This document shows, in pieces, positions 1 to 11,700 of a stretch of 64,000 bases of DNA. Numbering within the stretch: the first letter of the stretch is position 1; each line of letters opens with the position of its first letter. The notes beneath the pieces were generated by a model that saw only the letters and a list, made by a program, of their open reading frames with translations, was not told the origin of the DNA and ran no database searches. The DNA is taken from contig OZ218951.1 of NCBI GenBank assembly GCA_965112735.1, positions 248,001 to 312,000 on the forward strand, in the 5' to 3' direction. Position numbers and translations under genes: made by a program. This DNA is from Phaeosaccion multiseriatum. Its lineage: Eukaryota; Protista; Ochrophyta, other classes.

Positions 1-187
1 TTGGGCAGGAGTGGGCATGAGAGGGCATGAGAGGGCATGAGCAGGTGTTGAGCAGGTGTTGCAGCTACATTTACAATGGGCTCCGGCAAACCGGCGGTTC
101 TTTCGGCGCCGGCTCCGCCTCTGATCTTCCCATGCTCTTATCATGTTACCTTGTGCGTTCCCCCCCCCCCCCTTTGCCCCCCCCCAG

Positions 188-1309
188 ACCCACCCCCACA
201 CACTCCGCTCGAGGCCACCGGCGCTCTCACCGAGGCCACCGCTTGTCGGGCTCCAGCAGCCTTACGCCAGACACCCTCACAGGGCTCACGGAGGGGCAGG
301 GGCAGGGGCAGGCATATGGGCTGGAGCACGCGTATGCGCAGGTGTATGGGAGTGCAAGTCTGTGCATGTCCTCCTCATCATCCTCCTCCTCCTCCGACGA
401 CGACGACAGTGATGAAGGCAAGGAAGCGTGCCCGCCATCGCCGGCGGGGGCGGGAGTGGGCAGGGCATCACACGTGGCATCGGGGGGGGAAGGAGGGGGG
501 GAAGGAGGGGCAGGGGCGGTGGAGGGGGGCAGAGGTTTACGCTTCAAGGACTTGACGGTGGGGACGGAGGGGTTGGAGGCATACCGAGAGGACTCGTCTT
601 CAGATGACGACCACCGCGACGATTTCGACGACCACGACGAGGAGGGTGATGGGAACGACGTCGGAGCGACAGGTGAGAGGGGGCTTGGTCCTTCGTCTTT
701 CGTCACTGTCACTTGCCTGTATGTATGCCTTCGTATGTTTGCCCATACGCCTGCATGCTGCGCCTCGATGCGCTGCGGTGCTGCGGGTGTTGTGCGCTAC
801 ACATGTCATGTGCAAACGGATGGCAGCGGATGGAGGATTGGATGGCAGCGGATGGAGGGTTGGGCTTTGGGTTGTGGCAGTGGAAAGTCGAGGGGGATGG
901 CGCCACCCAAGGAAAGAAGGGAGGAAGGGAGGAAGGGAGGAAGGAAGGAACGGAGCGCTCCTTCATGCATCCATCCACCCTCTTGCTTCTCTTTTGCCTC
1001 ATTCCTCCCTCTCTTGCTGCTGCCCTTGCTGTTGGTGATACAGCCCGCGCGCGGCTCATGTCCCCCGGTCTGACGGTGGCGACCGCCAACTTCGATATGG
1101 CCCCCACCCCGGACCGCATGCTCAGTAGCCACAGCTACAGCTACAGCCAAGCTATGAGCCGCAGCCACGGCAACAGCCACACCAAGCCACGTAAGCGCAT
1201 CAGCATCTCCCTCCACCCCGATGCCTTGGCCGACGACGAGGAGGACGGCCACACATTCGTCGGGGGTAAGTGCGCGTGCGTGCGTGTGTGGGGCCGTGTG
1301 TGTGTGGGG

Positions 1310-1347
<38 letters not shown>

Positions 1348-2832
1348 GTGCGTGTGAGGCACCGCCTCGAAGTGCCGATGAGGAGGCACCCGCCTGCCCT
1401 GGCTCGACCCCCAACTAACGCCCCGATGCCCAACTGCCCCCACTTTACATTTGTCCGTCCCTGCCAATACACACACACACGTGCACACACACGCACCCAC
1501 ACAGCATCCCTGCCCGCCCCCGCAGCCCCCCTCCCACCAGGCCCGAGCCACACACACACACACACACAGGCATCGCCTCCCCGCCTGAGGATCGGGATCA
1601 AGGACAACGAGGACAACGAGGACAACGAGGACAGCGAGGACAAGAAGCACCCCCCCTGGCAAAAGCCCATGTCCCCCCCGGGGAAGCCAACGAGCCCCAT
1701 GGCTATGGCGGAGCTTCCCCCCCTGGGCTTTGGGGCCACGACGATCAGCACCCGTGGGCAGCCCGTGACGGTTTCGGACCTCGGCAACGGCACGTGGTGC
1801 ACCACATATCGCACGGCCTACGGGGGTACGTACACGAGCTTCAGGCTCGATGACTCCTTCGACCCCAGCATGGACACTCACCACATTGGCCACGGGCTCA
1901 GCGGCGGCGGCGGCGGCGGCGGCGGCAGTGGGTTGGGCGGCAGTGGCGCCATCGGCAGCGGTGGTTTGAGTGGCAGCGGTGCAATGGGTGGCAGTGGCGG
2001 CAGCGGTGCAATGGGCAGTGGCGCGCTGTTCGGCAGCGGCAAGCAGTCGCTCTTCGGGACGGGGCAAACGAGTCACTCTGGCATGAGCTTCGGAGATGGC
2101 AGTGGAGGGGGGGGGGGGGAGGGGGGCACGTACCCCCGGGAGGGCGAGTGGGCGGGCAGAGGCGGAGATGAGCGAGAGAGAGAAGGGTACGCGGCTCTAC
2201 TCAAGTACGGCAAGCGAACCCTCAGTAGGCTCGATCGCATTTCCCAGCAGGTGAGGGCGTTGCATACACGCGTTGGTGATCTCTTGTCCACGGTTGTTGT
2301 GAGTTGTGGGGGGGATGGACTGTTGTGAGCAGAGTTGCAGACCTACCTCCTGCCTCGGCACTTGTTTGCTCTGCCTCCCCCGCCAACCACACCCAATGTT
2401 GCTCTCGTCTCATGAACCGAACCCCCGTCTGCCATCCACTGCCATCCACTGCCATCCCACGCTCCCGGTCAGATCTTCCCCAACATGCAGCTGCAGGGGG
2501 ACGAGGCGGTGGAGGGGGGGGAGGAAGGGAGGGACAAGGAGGGGGAGGGGGGGGGGATGGCAGTGGATGGGCTGGGGAGCGCGGCCAGCATGGGCACAGG
2601 GATGGGAACAGGCGCAACAGCAGGGGCAGCAGGTGGTGATACAGGCTCTTCCTTGGCGACGGTACTGGGCTGGGAATTTCGATTCGGTGGTGGGAGGAGC
2701 AGTGGCGGCAGTGAGCCCGTGGGGGGGGGGCAGGCGCACCAAAGAGCAGCGGCACAAGCAGCGGCTGAGGCTGACGAGGGAGAGGACGGAGGAGGCAGTG
2801 ACCCCCCTCTCATGATCGTTGGAGGAGAGTGA
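188..2832 (+). CDS. 3' part of a spliced gene encoding a Gly/Ser/Asp-rich low-complexity protein of unknown function; 5' end probably outside the window
   Basis: Phase-compatible GT-AG joins give exons ~188-672, 1044-1265, ~1541-2250 and 2473-2832 (TGA). No recognisable domain. Confidence 0.5.
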
Positions 2833-3777
2833 GATTGCTCTTTGTTCCCTTCGGAGGAGGAGGGGGAGGCGACACACACACACACAGGCAGGGCGATGGC
2901 ACCTCATGGCGCGGGCGCTGACGGCTTGGGGAGCAGGAGGAGGAGGAGGAGGAACTATGGGGTTGTTGTTGAGGCACCGTGGGTTGAGACAGCATCGGGT
3001 TGGCGGGTTGGTTGTCTGCTTAGGTTCTGAGTCCTGCTTCACAGGCCATTGGACTCTGACGGGGCTCGATGATAAGTCGATACATGAGATAAAATACATT
3101 CGATTATCATAACATATAGTAATACTATTTCGAAAAAAATATACGTGGAATAGCCCCTCTCGAGGCGTTGCTGAGGTGAGGGGTGAGGGGTATAACATGT
3201 GAGGGGTGAGGGGTATAACATGTGCCCTCCCCCTCCCCCTCCCCCTCCCCCTCCCCCTCTCCTCTCTCCCTCTCCCTCTCCCTCTCTCTCACTGTCTCCA
3301 TCTCTCTCCCCCCCTCTCTCTTCTCCAGACCTCCAACAGGGCACACAAGGATTGAAATTGACCGTCAGTCAGTCTACTGTCCGCACCAGCCATTCCATTT
3401 GACTGCAAAAGCCATCCGAGGCACCCAAAGGCCCTACTACAAAAGCAGCCTTAATTTATCCCTTTGCCTCGGCCCATCCATCGATCCATCGAACAACACC
3501 CCCCCCCTCCCATTATTTAGTTTTGGAACAAAAAGCACCCCCCCCCCCATTATTTTTGTTTTGGAACAAAAAGCATTGCCCCCCGCCCCGCAAGGCTCCG
3601 GCCCACTCAACCGACAGACAGAAAAGCAAAAACTGTAACTGTCACTACTCTCAGAGGTGTCAGGCGCCTGATATCGATCGATATTTGATATCGGCCCCTG
3701 GCTGAGAGGGCGGCAGGAGAGACACTGTTAGCGGCTGACGAGCTGGTGCTGCCCCCCCCCCCCCCCTGCAACAGCCC

Positions 3778-6700
3778 TCATGACGGCGCCTTGGGCTGCA
3801 AGTGCAAGTGTTGCCCCTCCACCTCCACCATGGAGCTCATCTCCATGATGGAGCTCACTTCGAGCTGTTCCATATCCTGTGACGACCATTGGGACCCCTC
3901 CCCTTCCCCTCCCCCTCCCCCTTCCCAGGATATTGTGTGTACCCGGGGCATCATCTGCTGCGGCTGCGGCTGCGGGTAGGCGTGTTGCATATTCAGTGTG
4001 AGGGTCTGTGAGTCTCGTCCACCGCTGTTCCAACCGCCGCCGCCACGGCCGCCGCCGGCAGATTCCGACACCGCCATATCCACCGCCAACTGAAGTGCTT
4101 TGCTGAGGGGAGGTGGGCGGTGGTCAGCGGCAGAGAGGGAGAGGGGAGGGACCACAGCAGCGGAGGGGGGCGGGGAGGGGAGGGGGGTGCGCGGGAGAGA
4201 GGGAGAGAGGCAGACAGGGAGAGAGGGAGTGAGGGAGGGAGGGAGTGAGGGAGGGAGGGAGGGAGGGAGGGAGGGAGGGAGGGAGGGAGGGAGGGAGGGA
4301 GGGAGGGAGGGAGGGAGGGAGGGAGGGAGGGAGGGAGGGAGGGAGGGAGTGAGGGAGTGAGGTAGGGAGACAGGGGGTGGTGTGCCACTCAAGGCAATGA
4401 AGACAGCTCCAAGCAAGCTCCTAGTGAGTAAAAGGGGGACGATGGATGGACTTGCTTGTGGAATGGTCCTCCCCCCCCCCCGTTCCCCCTCCCCTTCCCT
4501 CCTCCTCCCCCCCCCTTCCCCCCCCCCCTTCACTCCTCCTCCCCTCGTGGACCTCCGTACGTAAGACTTACGTGATGCTCCTGTATACCCTCCAAGAGCC
4601 AATTGCTGCGAGGAAGCTGCTCACCACACATCCCAGGTTGAGCGCAAATGTGATGACCACGAATATCTGCACAAGGAGAGAGGAGGGGGGAGATGGGCTT
4701 AAAGGGTGCTTTCTTCAGCCCGACCGACCGCAGCAGCAGACGGAGACGAATCGAACCCGGGGACGCACTGGCGGGGGGGCACTGGTGAGGAGGGACTTCC
4801 AAAGGAAAGGCCAAAGGAAGAGCGAAAGGAAAGGAAGGCTTGGCGTTTCATCGGCGGTGTGCAACGTCGAGGCATGGACTGCCTTGCTTTCTAGCGATGA
4901 CGCATCATGCCCCATCATGCCCACTTATGCCCAATCATGCCCAATCATGCCCAATTATGCCCAATCATGCCCAATCATGCCCAATCATGCCCAATCATGC
5001 CCAATCATGCCCACTTATGCCCAATCATGCCCAATCATGCCCAATCATGCCCAATCATGCCCAATCATGCCCAATTATGCCCAATCATGCCCAGTGTGTG
5101 GCTCACCTTGGCGCCGGTCATGAAACCTTCTCCCCAATCTTGAGACGAGGCGAGGCGGGGCGTGGCGAGGGGAGGGGAGTCAGTCAGTCAGTCAGTCAGT
5201 CAGTCAGTCAGTCAGTCAGTCAGTCAGTCAGTCAGTCAGTCAGTCAGTCAGTCAGTCAGTCAGTCAGTCAGTCAGTCAGTCAGTCAGTCAGTCAGTCAGT
5301 CAGTCAGTCAGTCAGTCAGTCAGTCAGTCAGTCAGTCAGTCAGTCAGTCAGTCAGTCAGTCAGTCAGTCAGTCAGTCAGTCAGTCAGTCAGTCAGTCAGT
5401 CAGTCAGTCAGTCAGTCAGTCAGTCAGTCAGTCAGTCAGTCAGTCAGTCAGTCAGTCAGTCAGTCAGTCAGTCAGTCAGTCAGTCAGTCAGTCAGTCAGT
5501 CAGTCAGTCAGTCAGTCAGTCAGTCAGTCAGTCAGTCAGTCAGTCAGTCAGTCAGTCAGTCAGTCAGTCAGTCAGTCAGTCAGTCAGTCAGTCAGTCAGT
5601 CAGTCAGTCAGTCAGTCAGTCAGTCAGTCAGTCAGTCAGTCAGTCAGTCAGTCAGTCAGTCAGTCAGTCAGTCAGTCAGTCAGTCAGTCAGTCAGTCAGT
5701 CAGTCAGTCAGTCAGTCAGTCAGTCAGTCAGTCAGTCAGTCAGTCAGTCAGTCAGTCAGTCAGTCAGGCACTGCGTTACCCTACCCATGCAGACAGCCAA
5801 GACAGGCAGGCAGGCAGGCAGACAGGCAGGCAGGCAGCTGCATGCATGTGGGGCAAGGCGAGGAAAGACACCCGATTGGGCCGTACCCCGCTACGCACAG
5901 CACCATACCCCCCTACACACACCGCCATACCCCCCTACACACACCGCCATACCCCCCTACACACACCGCCATACCCCCCTACACACACCGCCATACCCCC
6001 CTACACACACCGCCATACCCCCCTACACACACCGCCATACCCCCCTACATACAGCGCCACCACACACGCCGAGGTGCAGGAGAAGCACGAGGAGACGCCA
6101 AAACCAGATCGACAAGGCTTGAGTTTCAACTCGTGGAGGTTGGGCTCGTGACATTGTCAATGCCGTTGCAAGGCAGCAGCTGACCGACGACAACGGGGGG
6201 AGGGGGGAGCCAGTCCTCACTCCGGCCCATCCCGCGAAGCGAACGTGTGGCTCCATGCCATAGGCCCACGGACAGCACAATCGCACAGCACACCCCACTC
6301 CCCTCCACACTGCACTCACATTCTGCGTCTGGGTGGTCCTGGAGATTGTGGGCTTCGACTATCGCTCTACCCCAGAACCAGCAGGCCATCGTGTCAGAAA
6401 GTGACGCCACGAACTGGCACAGCGCGTTAAACTTGAAGCTGGGGGAGGGAGGGAGGGAGGGAGGGAGGGAGGGGACTTAATAGCAAAACCCTTCTCTCCA
6501 ATTGCGAGAAATTCTTTGAAACTTTGTTTGCGCGCGTGTTTGCTCTCGCGCACGTATGTACACACACAAGACGCGTACGCACACGCCAAAATAGGCAGTG
6601 CTTCGGGAAGCTCTCCAGCAGCGCCCGCACGAAATGGGGTTGGACAGAGCTCATCAGTCTACAAGCGTACCTGCATTTTCCTCTGCTGCCACAGCACAGC

Positions 6701-7079
6701 GGAATGCTGCCTGCTATTGTCACGAGTAGAAAGGCAAGCCACGTGAACCACACAAGGAAGCCCATGTCAATAAGCGCCACGATGTGGAGCACCAGAGAGG
6801 CGATAGTCGCCCCATACCAGAGACTTGGCTCTGCTCGTGTGCGGTGCGCCGGAAGGAGGGGGGGAGAGCAGAGAGGCGATGGACGAGAACGTGAGTGAGG
6901 AGAGGGCGTTGTGGTTGGAACAAGCAACGGACCCCGTAGAACCGTACCCTTCTTCCGTGGGGGCTGGCAGCAAGCGTAGCCTCCTCTACTGGGCGAGACC
7001 TCCTTGTATGCTTGCGGCTGGAGAGAGGTCGGGAGAGAGATGGGGACGTAGCGGGAGCAAAGTATCGTCAGACTTGTTT

Positions 7080-7120
<41 letters not shown>

Positions 7121-7156
7121 TCTCCTACTAAGCGTTACCTGTCCTCCCTGCTGCAT
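3778..7156 (-). CDS. Small multi-pass (~4 TM) membrane protein of unknown function, 7 exons
   Basis: Hand-spliced exons: 7139-7156 (MQQGGQ), ~6948-7017, ~6671-6830, ~6321-6439, ~5108-5139, ~4571-4647 and 3778-~4103. They join in frame: ...EPSLWYGATIASLVLHIVALIDMGFLVWFTWLAFLLVTIAGSIPLCC...FNALCQFVASLSDTMACWFWG...YWGEGFMTGAKIFVVITFALNLGCVVSSFLAAIGSWRVYRSITKALQ... Confidence 0.7.
4905..5092. repeat. 10-bp minisatellite (CCCAATCATG)n, intronic
   Basis: Directly visible tandem array with occasional CCCACTTATG/CCCAATTATG variants. Confidence 0.95.
5178..5767. repeat. Perfect (AGTC)n microsatellite, ~590 bp, intronic
   Basis: Directly visible; source of the spurious VSQS-repeat ORFs. Confidence 0.98.
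5901..6050. repeat. 23-bp minisatellite (CACACACCGCCATACCCCCCTAC-like), ~6 copies
   Basis: Directly visible. Confidence 0.9.
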
Positions 7157-7312
7157 CACATGGCTTGGTAGCGACCGACACGGTAGTTTAGTTATTATAT
7201 ATTACACCCTTAAGCCACACAAAGTCACATCATCACACAATACAGTTTTCTAAAATTGCTACAGTTACGGGGGCTGACAAACTAAAACTAAAACTACCAA
7301 CGCCCCCTTTTA

Positions 7313-7743
7313 CTTTTTTTACTGTGATTGCTGTGATTTCGCGGTTGAATGGCACTTTTGACGCCCAATTATTACGCCCCATTAATTTTTTTTTACGCCA
7401 AATGACGATTTTTTTTGACGACGTTTGACGACGTTTGACGACGCTTTAGCCCCCTATTTGACGCCCTTTGACGCCTTTTGACGCCTTTTGACGCTCTTTG
7501 ACGCCCTTTGACGCCCTTTTCCGTGATTTTTTTTTACGTGATTTTTTTTAGACGAAATTAAGGCGAATTAAGATAAAAGGGCGTCAAAGTGCGTCAAAGG
7601 GCGTCAAAGGGCGTCAAATAGGGGGCTAAAGCGTCGTCAAACGTCGTCAAACGTCGTCAAAAAAATCGTCATATGGCGTTAAAAAAAAATTAATGGGGCG
7701 TAATTGGGCGTCAAAAGTGCCACTCAACCGCGAAATCACAGTA
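7313..7743. mobile_element. AT-rich foldback/MITE-like element built of TTTGACG(C/A) subrepeats
   Basis: Arm ~7313-7520 is the reverse complement of ~7575-7743, e.g. CTGTGATTTCGCGGTTGAATGGCACTTTTGACGCCCAATTA vs TAATTGGGCGTCAAAAGTGCCACTCAACCGCGAAATCACAG. Confidence 0.8.
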
Positions 7744-8321
7744 ACACTCGATTTGCGTAAGAATCGCCCAAATTTCGACCAAAACGGTTTTAGCGCATTT
7801 GCAGGAAAATGACGCTGGGAGGAGCGCTATAGCTCTTCGTGTAGCTCTTTGAGATCCCCACCGATCCATGGTCTTTCGGCTTTCATCGCCTCTTCCCTTC
7901 CGTAGTTGTCAGCATTTCCGCAGCAGCACCCCCTTCCCGGGGGGGGAGAAGGGGGATGTGCACGCCACGGAAATCGCTCATGGGCAGCTTGCTTGCCCGC
8001 CCTTCTGCAAGAGAACAGGCGCAGCGCTACGGCGGCTAGCCACAGTGGAGCAGCAGCAGGACCCTTGGCAAGCCTGGTGCGATTTCCGTGGCGTGCACAT
8101 CCCCCGTCCCCCCCCCGGGAAGGGGGTGCTGCTGCGGAAATGCTGACAACTACGGAAGGGAAGAGGCGATCAAAGCCGAAAGACCATGGATCGGTGGGGA
8201 TCTCAAAGAGCTACACGAAGAGCTATAGCGCTCCTCCCAGCGTCATTCTCCTGCAAATGCGCAAAAACCGTTTTGGGCCGGAAATCCGGCGATTTGGGCG
8301 ATTCTTACGCAAATCGAGTGT
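7744..8321. mobile_element. Non-autonomous TIR element (MITE) with ~235-bp inverted arms and TA target-site duplication (Tc1/mariner-like)
   Basis: Starts ACACTCGATTTGCGTAAGAATCGCCCAAAT and ends ATTTGGGCGATTCTTACGCAAATCGAGTGT. TA at 7742-7743 and 8322-8323; ~100-bp central spacer. Confidence 0.85.
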
Positions 8322-8370
8322 TAAAAAATTAAAAAAAAAAAATCATAATAAAAACCTCAAGATGCCACCA

Positions 8371-8718
8371 GGCCTCTCGCTGCGTGCTCCACACGCTGCC
8401 TGCATCAGGTAAGCCGCATCCCCTTGTCCTCTCTGGCTCCTCCTTTGCCACGACTCTTCGGCCTCCCTCCTCCCTTCCTCCTCCCTCCTCCCTCCTCCCT
8501 GTCCTTCCCCTCCGCTCCTCCTCCCCTCTCCTCCCCCTCCCCCTAGGCCATCCCGTCCGTGAGCAACAGCGTCACTAGCACCTGCACCACCGGGCTTGCA
8601 GTGATGTCAAGACCCGGGCACTCCATCTTGTCGAACAACAATTGGTCCACGCGCTCACGGAGCTCGTTCACAAGCACGGAGATGCGCGCCATGGCGGAGA
8701 AGCAGATCCACCCATCGA
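8371..8718 (-). pseudogene. Duplicated fragment of the DEAH helicase last exon and 3' flank (copy of 36311-36631)
   Basis: Encodes [58 protein letters not shown] count 3 mismatches in the 176-bp coding part versus 36456-36631. It lacks the exon's splice acceptor. Confidence 0.9.
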
Positions 8719-8798
8719 CAATGGGTCCGGGACCAGTCAGCCAAGTATACATCACCGCCCTAGACTATTCTTCAATCGCCCGTATCGTACTAGAGGGA

Positions 8799-11700
8799 TC
8801 AAACTACATCGAATCTATCTACATTCTTGGTCTCTTCAGGCTGATGCACACTCTTCCGCCGGAAAGGCGCTCCTCCTCGGCGAGGGCTGCTTCTCTCTCG
8901 AAGCACATGTCTCCTCGACTCTCCCCTGCCTTTGTTGCAAAGGGTTCGCTCTTCTGCCGGGGTTCCGCCGCTGTCCAGCTCCGTTCCGTGACGCGGCGCA
9001 GTGAGCGCTCGGGAGGACAAGACGTGCTTTCTCAGCGGTATGCCCACCCACGCCACGTCTCCACGCTTTGAATTGGTGACACTTTCACCTCTCATGGCCA
9101 TACTCAGGTCACCAACGTTAGCTCCTGCTTCAACGCGGCATCCAGGCTGCAAGTGAGCCCTTGCTCCGAGCCACGCGTTCTCCTCGACTTGCACAGTCTT
9201 GAAGACGAACCCTCCCGTGCCTTCGATGGTGTGCGCGAAGATTGTGGAGTCTTGCAACACCACCGCTTCGTCTCCAATGACGAGAAGATGCGCATCATAA
9301 GGCCTGAGCCATAAAGATGTGTCCTTGCCAACACTTGCCCCCAGCAGCCGCAGCCACGCCGCGTACACCGGCCCGCCCGCGAAGTACTTGATGCAGAGAG
9401 CCTCAATGAAGGCAGGGGCCATGCTGCCCAAGCGGTATATATCCAACGAAGGCGAATCGAGCGCTATAGGAGGCTGCCCCTCTTTGGCATGCAAGGATGT
9501 GCCCAGAACTCGATGGAAAAGAATGGCTGAGCAAGCGCCCGCCAAGGCCATGAGAACTTGAAAGACGAAGCTCCCCAACACAAGGAAGAACACTCCAGTA
9601 TGGCTCTCGCCCAGTGTATCCCTCGCCACCACTTCTGGAAGGACGAAGGGACAGAAGACGGCAGCCCCATGCACATGGCCATTGCGCAACAGCAGGTCAG
9701 ATACCGACGCGCTGATCAACACCCCCGGACACCAAACGCCGAGGAGCAGCACCACAGTCGCAAGCCCGCCGAGCGCATTGTGCATCCTCGACGGAACAGG
9801 AAGACTGCCTGCTGCATCGACGCCATCCTTCTCAGCAGCAGCACTCATTGGGTTCGGCAATACAAACGGCCTAGGGGCGCCCACTACAGAAGAGTTGCAC
9901 GGTACGTCGTCGTCTCTACTCACAACGGTGCGATCTGCGACCGTGCTTCCGTCCCCAATGCAAGCTCCGCCTAGGAGAAGAGCTTCGTTCGCAACAATGT
10001 TGAAGCGGCCGATTGTGATGCTTTGCGTATCCTCCTCTCCACGACCACCCCCATCAGCGAAAAGGTGCACAGAGCCCGCGAGCTGGGAGTTTTCCCCTAT
10101 CCTGAGCTTCTCCCATATCGTAGTGATAGGAAGGGTAAGAAGTGCGCACCCCCGCTCCAGCCTGGCGCCCATGGCGGAAGCAAAAACACGGTTGAGCCCA
10201 CATTGTGCCACAAAAAGGGAGCCAACTTTGAAGAGAGGACTCTCCTGAAGAACTCCGAGTGACAGCCGTGTGGTGGCGCTTGGGCCCAGCAGCAAGAACA
10301 CACGCTGTAGCGATAGCACTGCCACCATGTACAGCATGCTTCCGATCAGCAGCAGCACGGGGAATGCCAATGCACGAGCGAAGATGGAGACACTCTCCCC
10401 CGCGCCGTCGTCATCACCCCCACCGGCAAGCACAAGTATCCAGAGGGGCAGCAGGTACGACCCCAAGTTGGTCACTGAAAGCAGGGCCAAGGCACAAAGC
10501 TCTTTTCCTATCCGCCGCAGCCCCTGCTCGCGTTCGACCTCTGCCAGCGGGCCAGAGAGTGACGAATGGCCGAGCGACGCGTACGGACCGAGCTCCATCC
10601 CCTCGTCGATGACCAAGTCCTTTGGCTCCTTCTTCAGGCCCTCCCCCCCCTCCTGCGTCTGCCCCCCCTCCCATGGAGACGGACACACGTTGGACAGTAT
10701 GCACACCTTTGCTCCCTTCCCGATCCTCACGCGATGGACATGGAGCATGCCATTTCGAGTAATGACAGACGGGCGAATGACGGCTCCGTACTCGATCACT
10801 GCCCCTTCTCCAATCTCGATCAAGTCATGCTCGTGCAGCAGCCAGCTCTCTAAGCGCGCGCTTCCACTGATTCGTGCCCCCAGCAGGCGGTTCCACACCC
10901 GCAAGGCGAAGGTACCACGGAGAACAGAAATCAGCAGTGCGGCAAGTTTCAGCACATTCTGTACAGCATACCACCGCCAGTAGTACGAGCTCCTCACGGA
11001 CCATCGCCCCGGTCGCATGCGGCCAAGCACAGTCCACTTCACCACTACAATCAGGGCAAGGAACCAGCTTACTGACACGACGACGAGGGGTGGTAGCCAA
11101 GAAAGAATCGTCGTGTTGCCGCGCCCTGCTCTACGTAGCAAGTACACGCCAACGAAGCTGGGAGAAAACCCGCAGCTGAGCACAGCAACAACGAGCAGCC
11201 AACTCAGAACCTGCAGCACCACTTGCTTGCCAGTGCTGAGCCTCCGGTGCGCTTTCATCGCTTCCCCTTCTCCACCGACTGACTCGAAATCGCGCTCCTC
11301 GTCCTTCACTCGGGCTTCGCTTGCTGCCGACGACTCTTGCCCGCTGTCTCCTCGACCTCCGCCCTCCTCCGCGGCACCAAGCACTGAAAGTGCCACAGCG
11401 GTTCGGTTCTGGAAGATCTGCATTACTGTCAGAGCCTGCAGGAGTCACACAGACACAACAGGGTCAGCAACAAGGGCGAGACACAACACGGACGAAAGCT
11501 TTGTGCTCAAAGTCACTCACCTCGAAGCCGGGAACCTCTGCCCGAATACGCGAAACCGCCTGAGCTGCACTCAACGATGTGCCTCCCTCTGCGAACAAGT
11601 CGTCATTGGCCTGCAAGTGAGGCTGCTCCGTGGCCTGCCTCAGGATGCCCAGCACTTGGCGGGCAGTGTCGCCTAACGCCTCGTCACCATCGGACCACTT

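Noticed and set aside
4905-6050. Repeat arrays as possible CRISPR
   Set aside because: Head-to-tail tandem repeats with no unique spacers, no cas genes and a eukaryotic context
4840-6183. 447-aa and 329-aa ORFs with VSQS repeats
   Set aside because: They are translations of intronic satellites on the strand opposite the 4-TM gene
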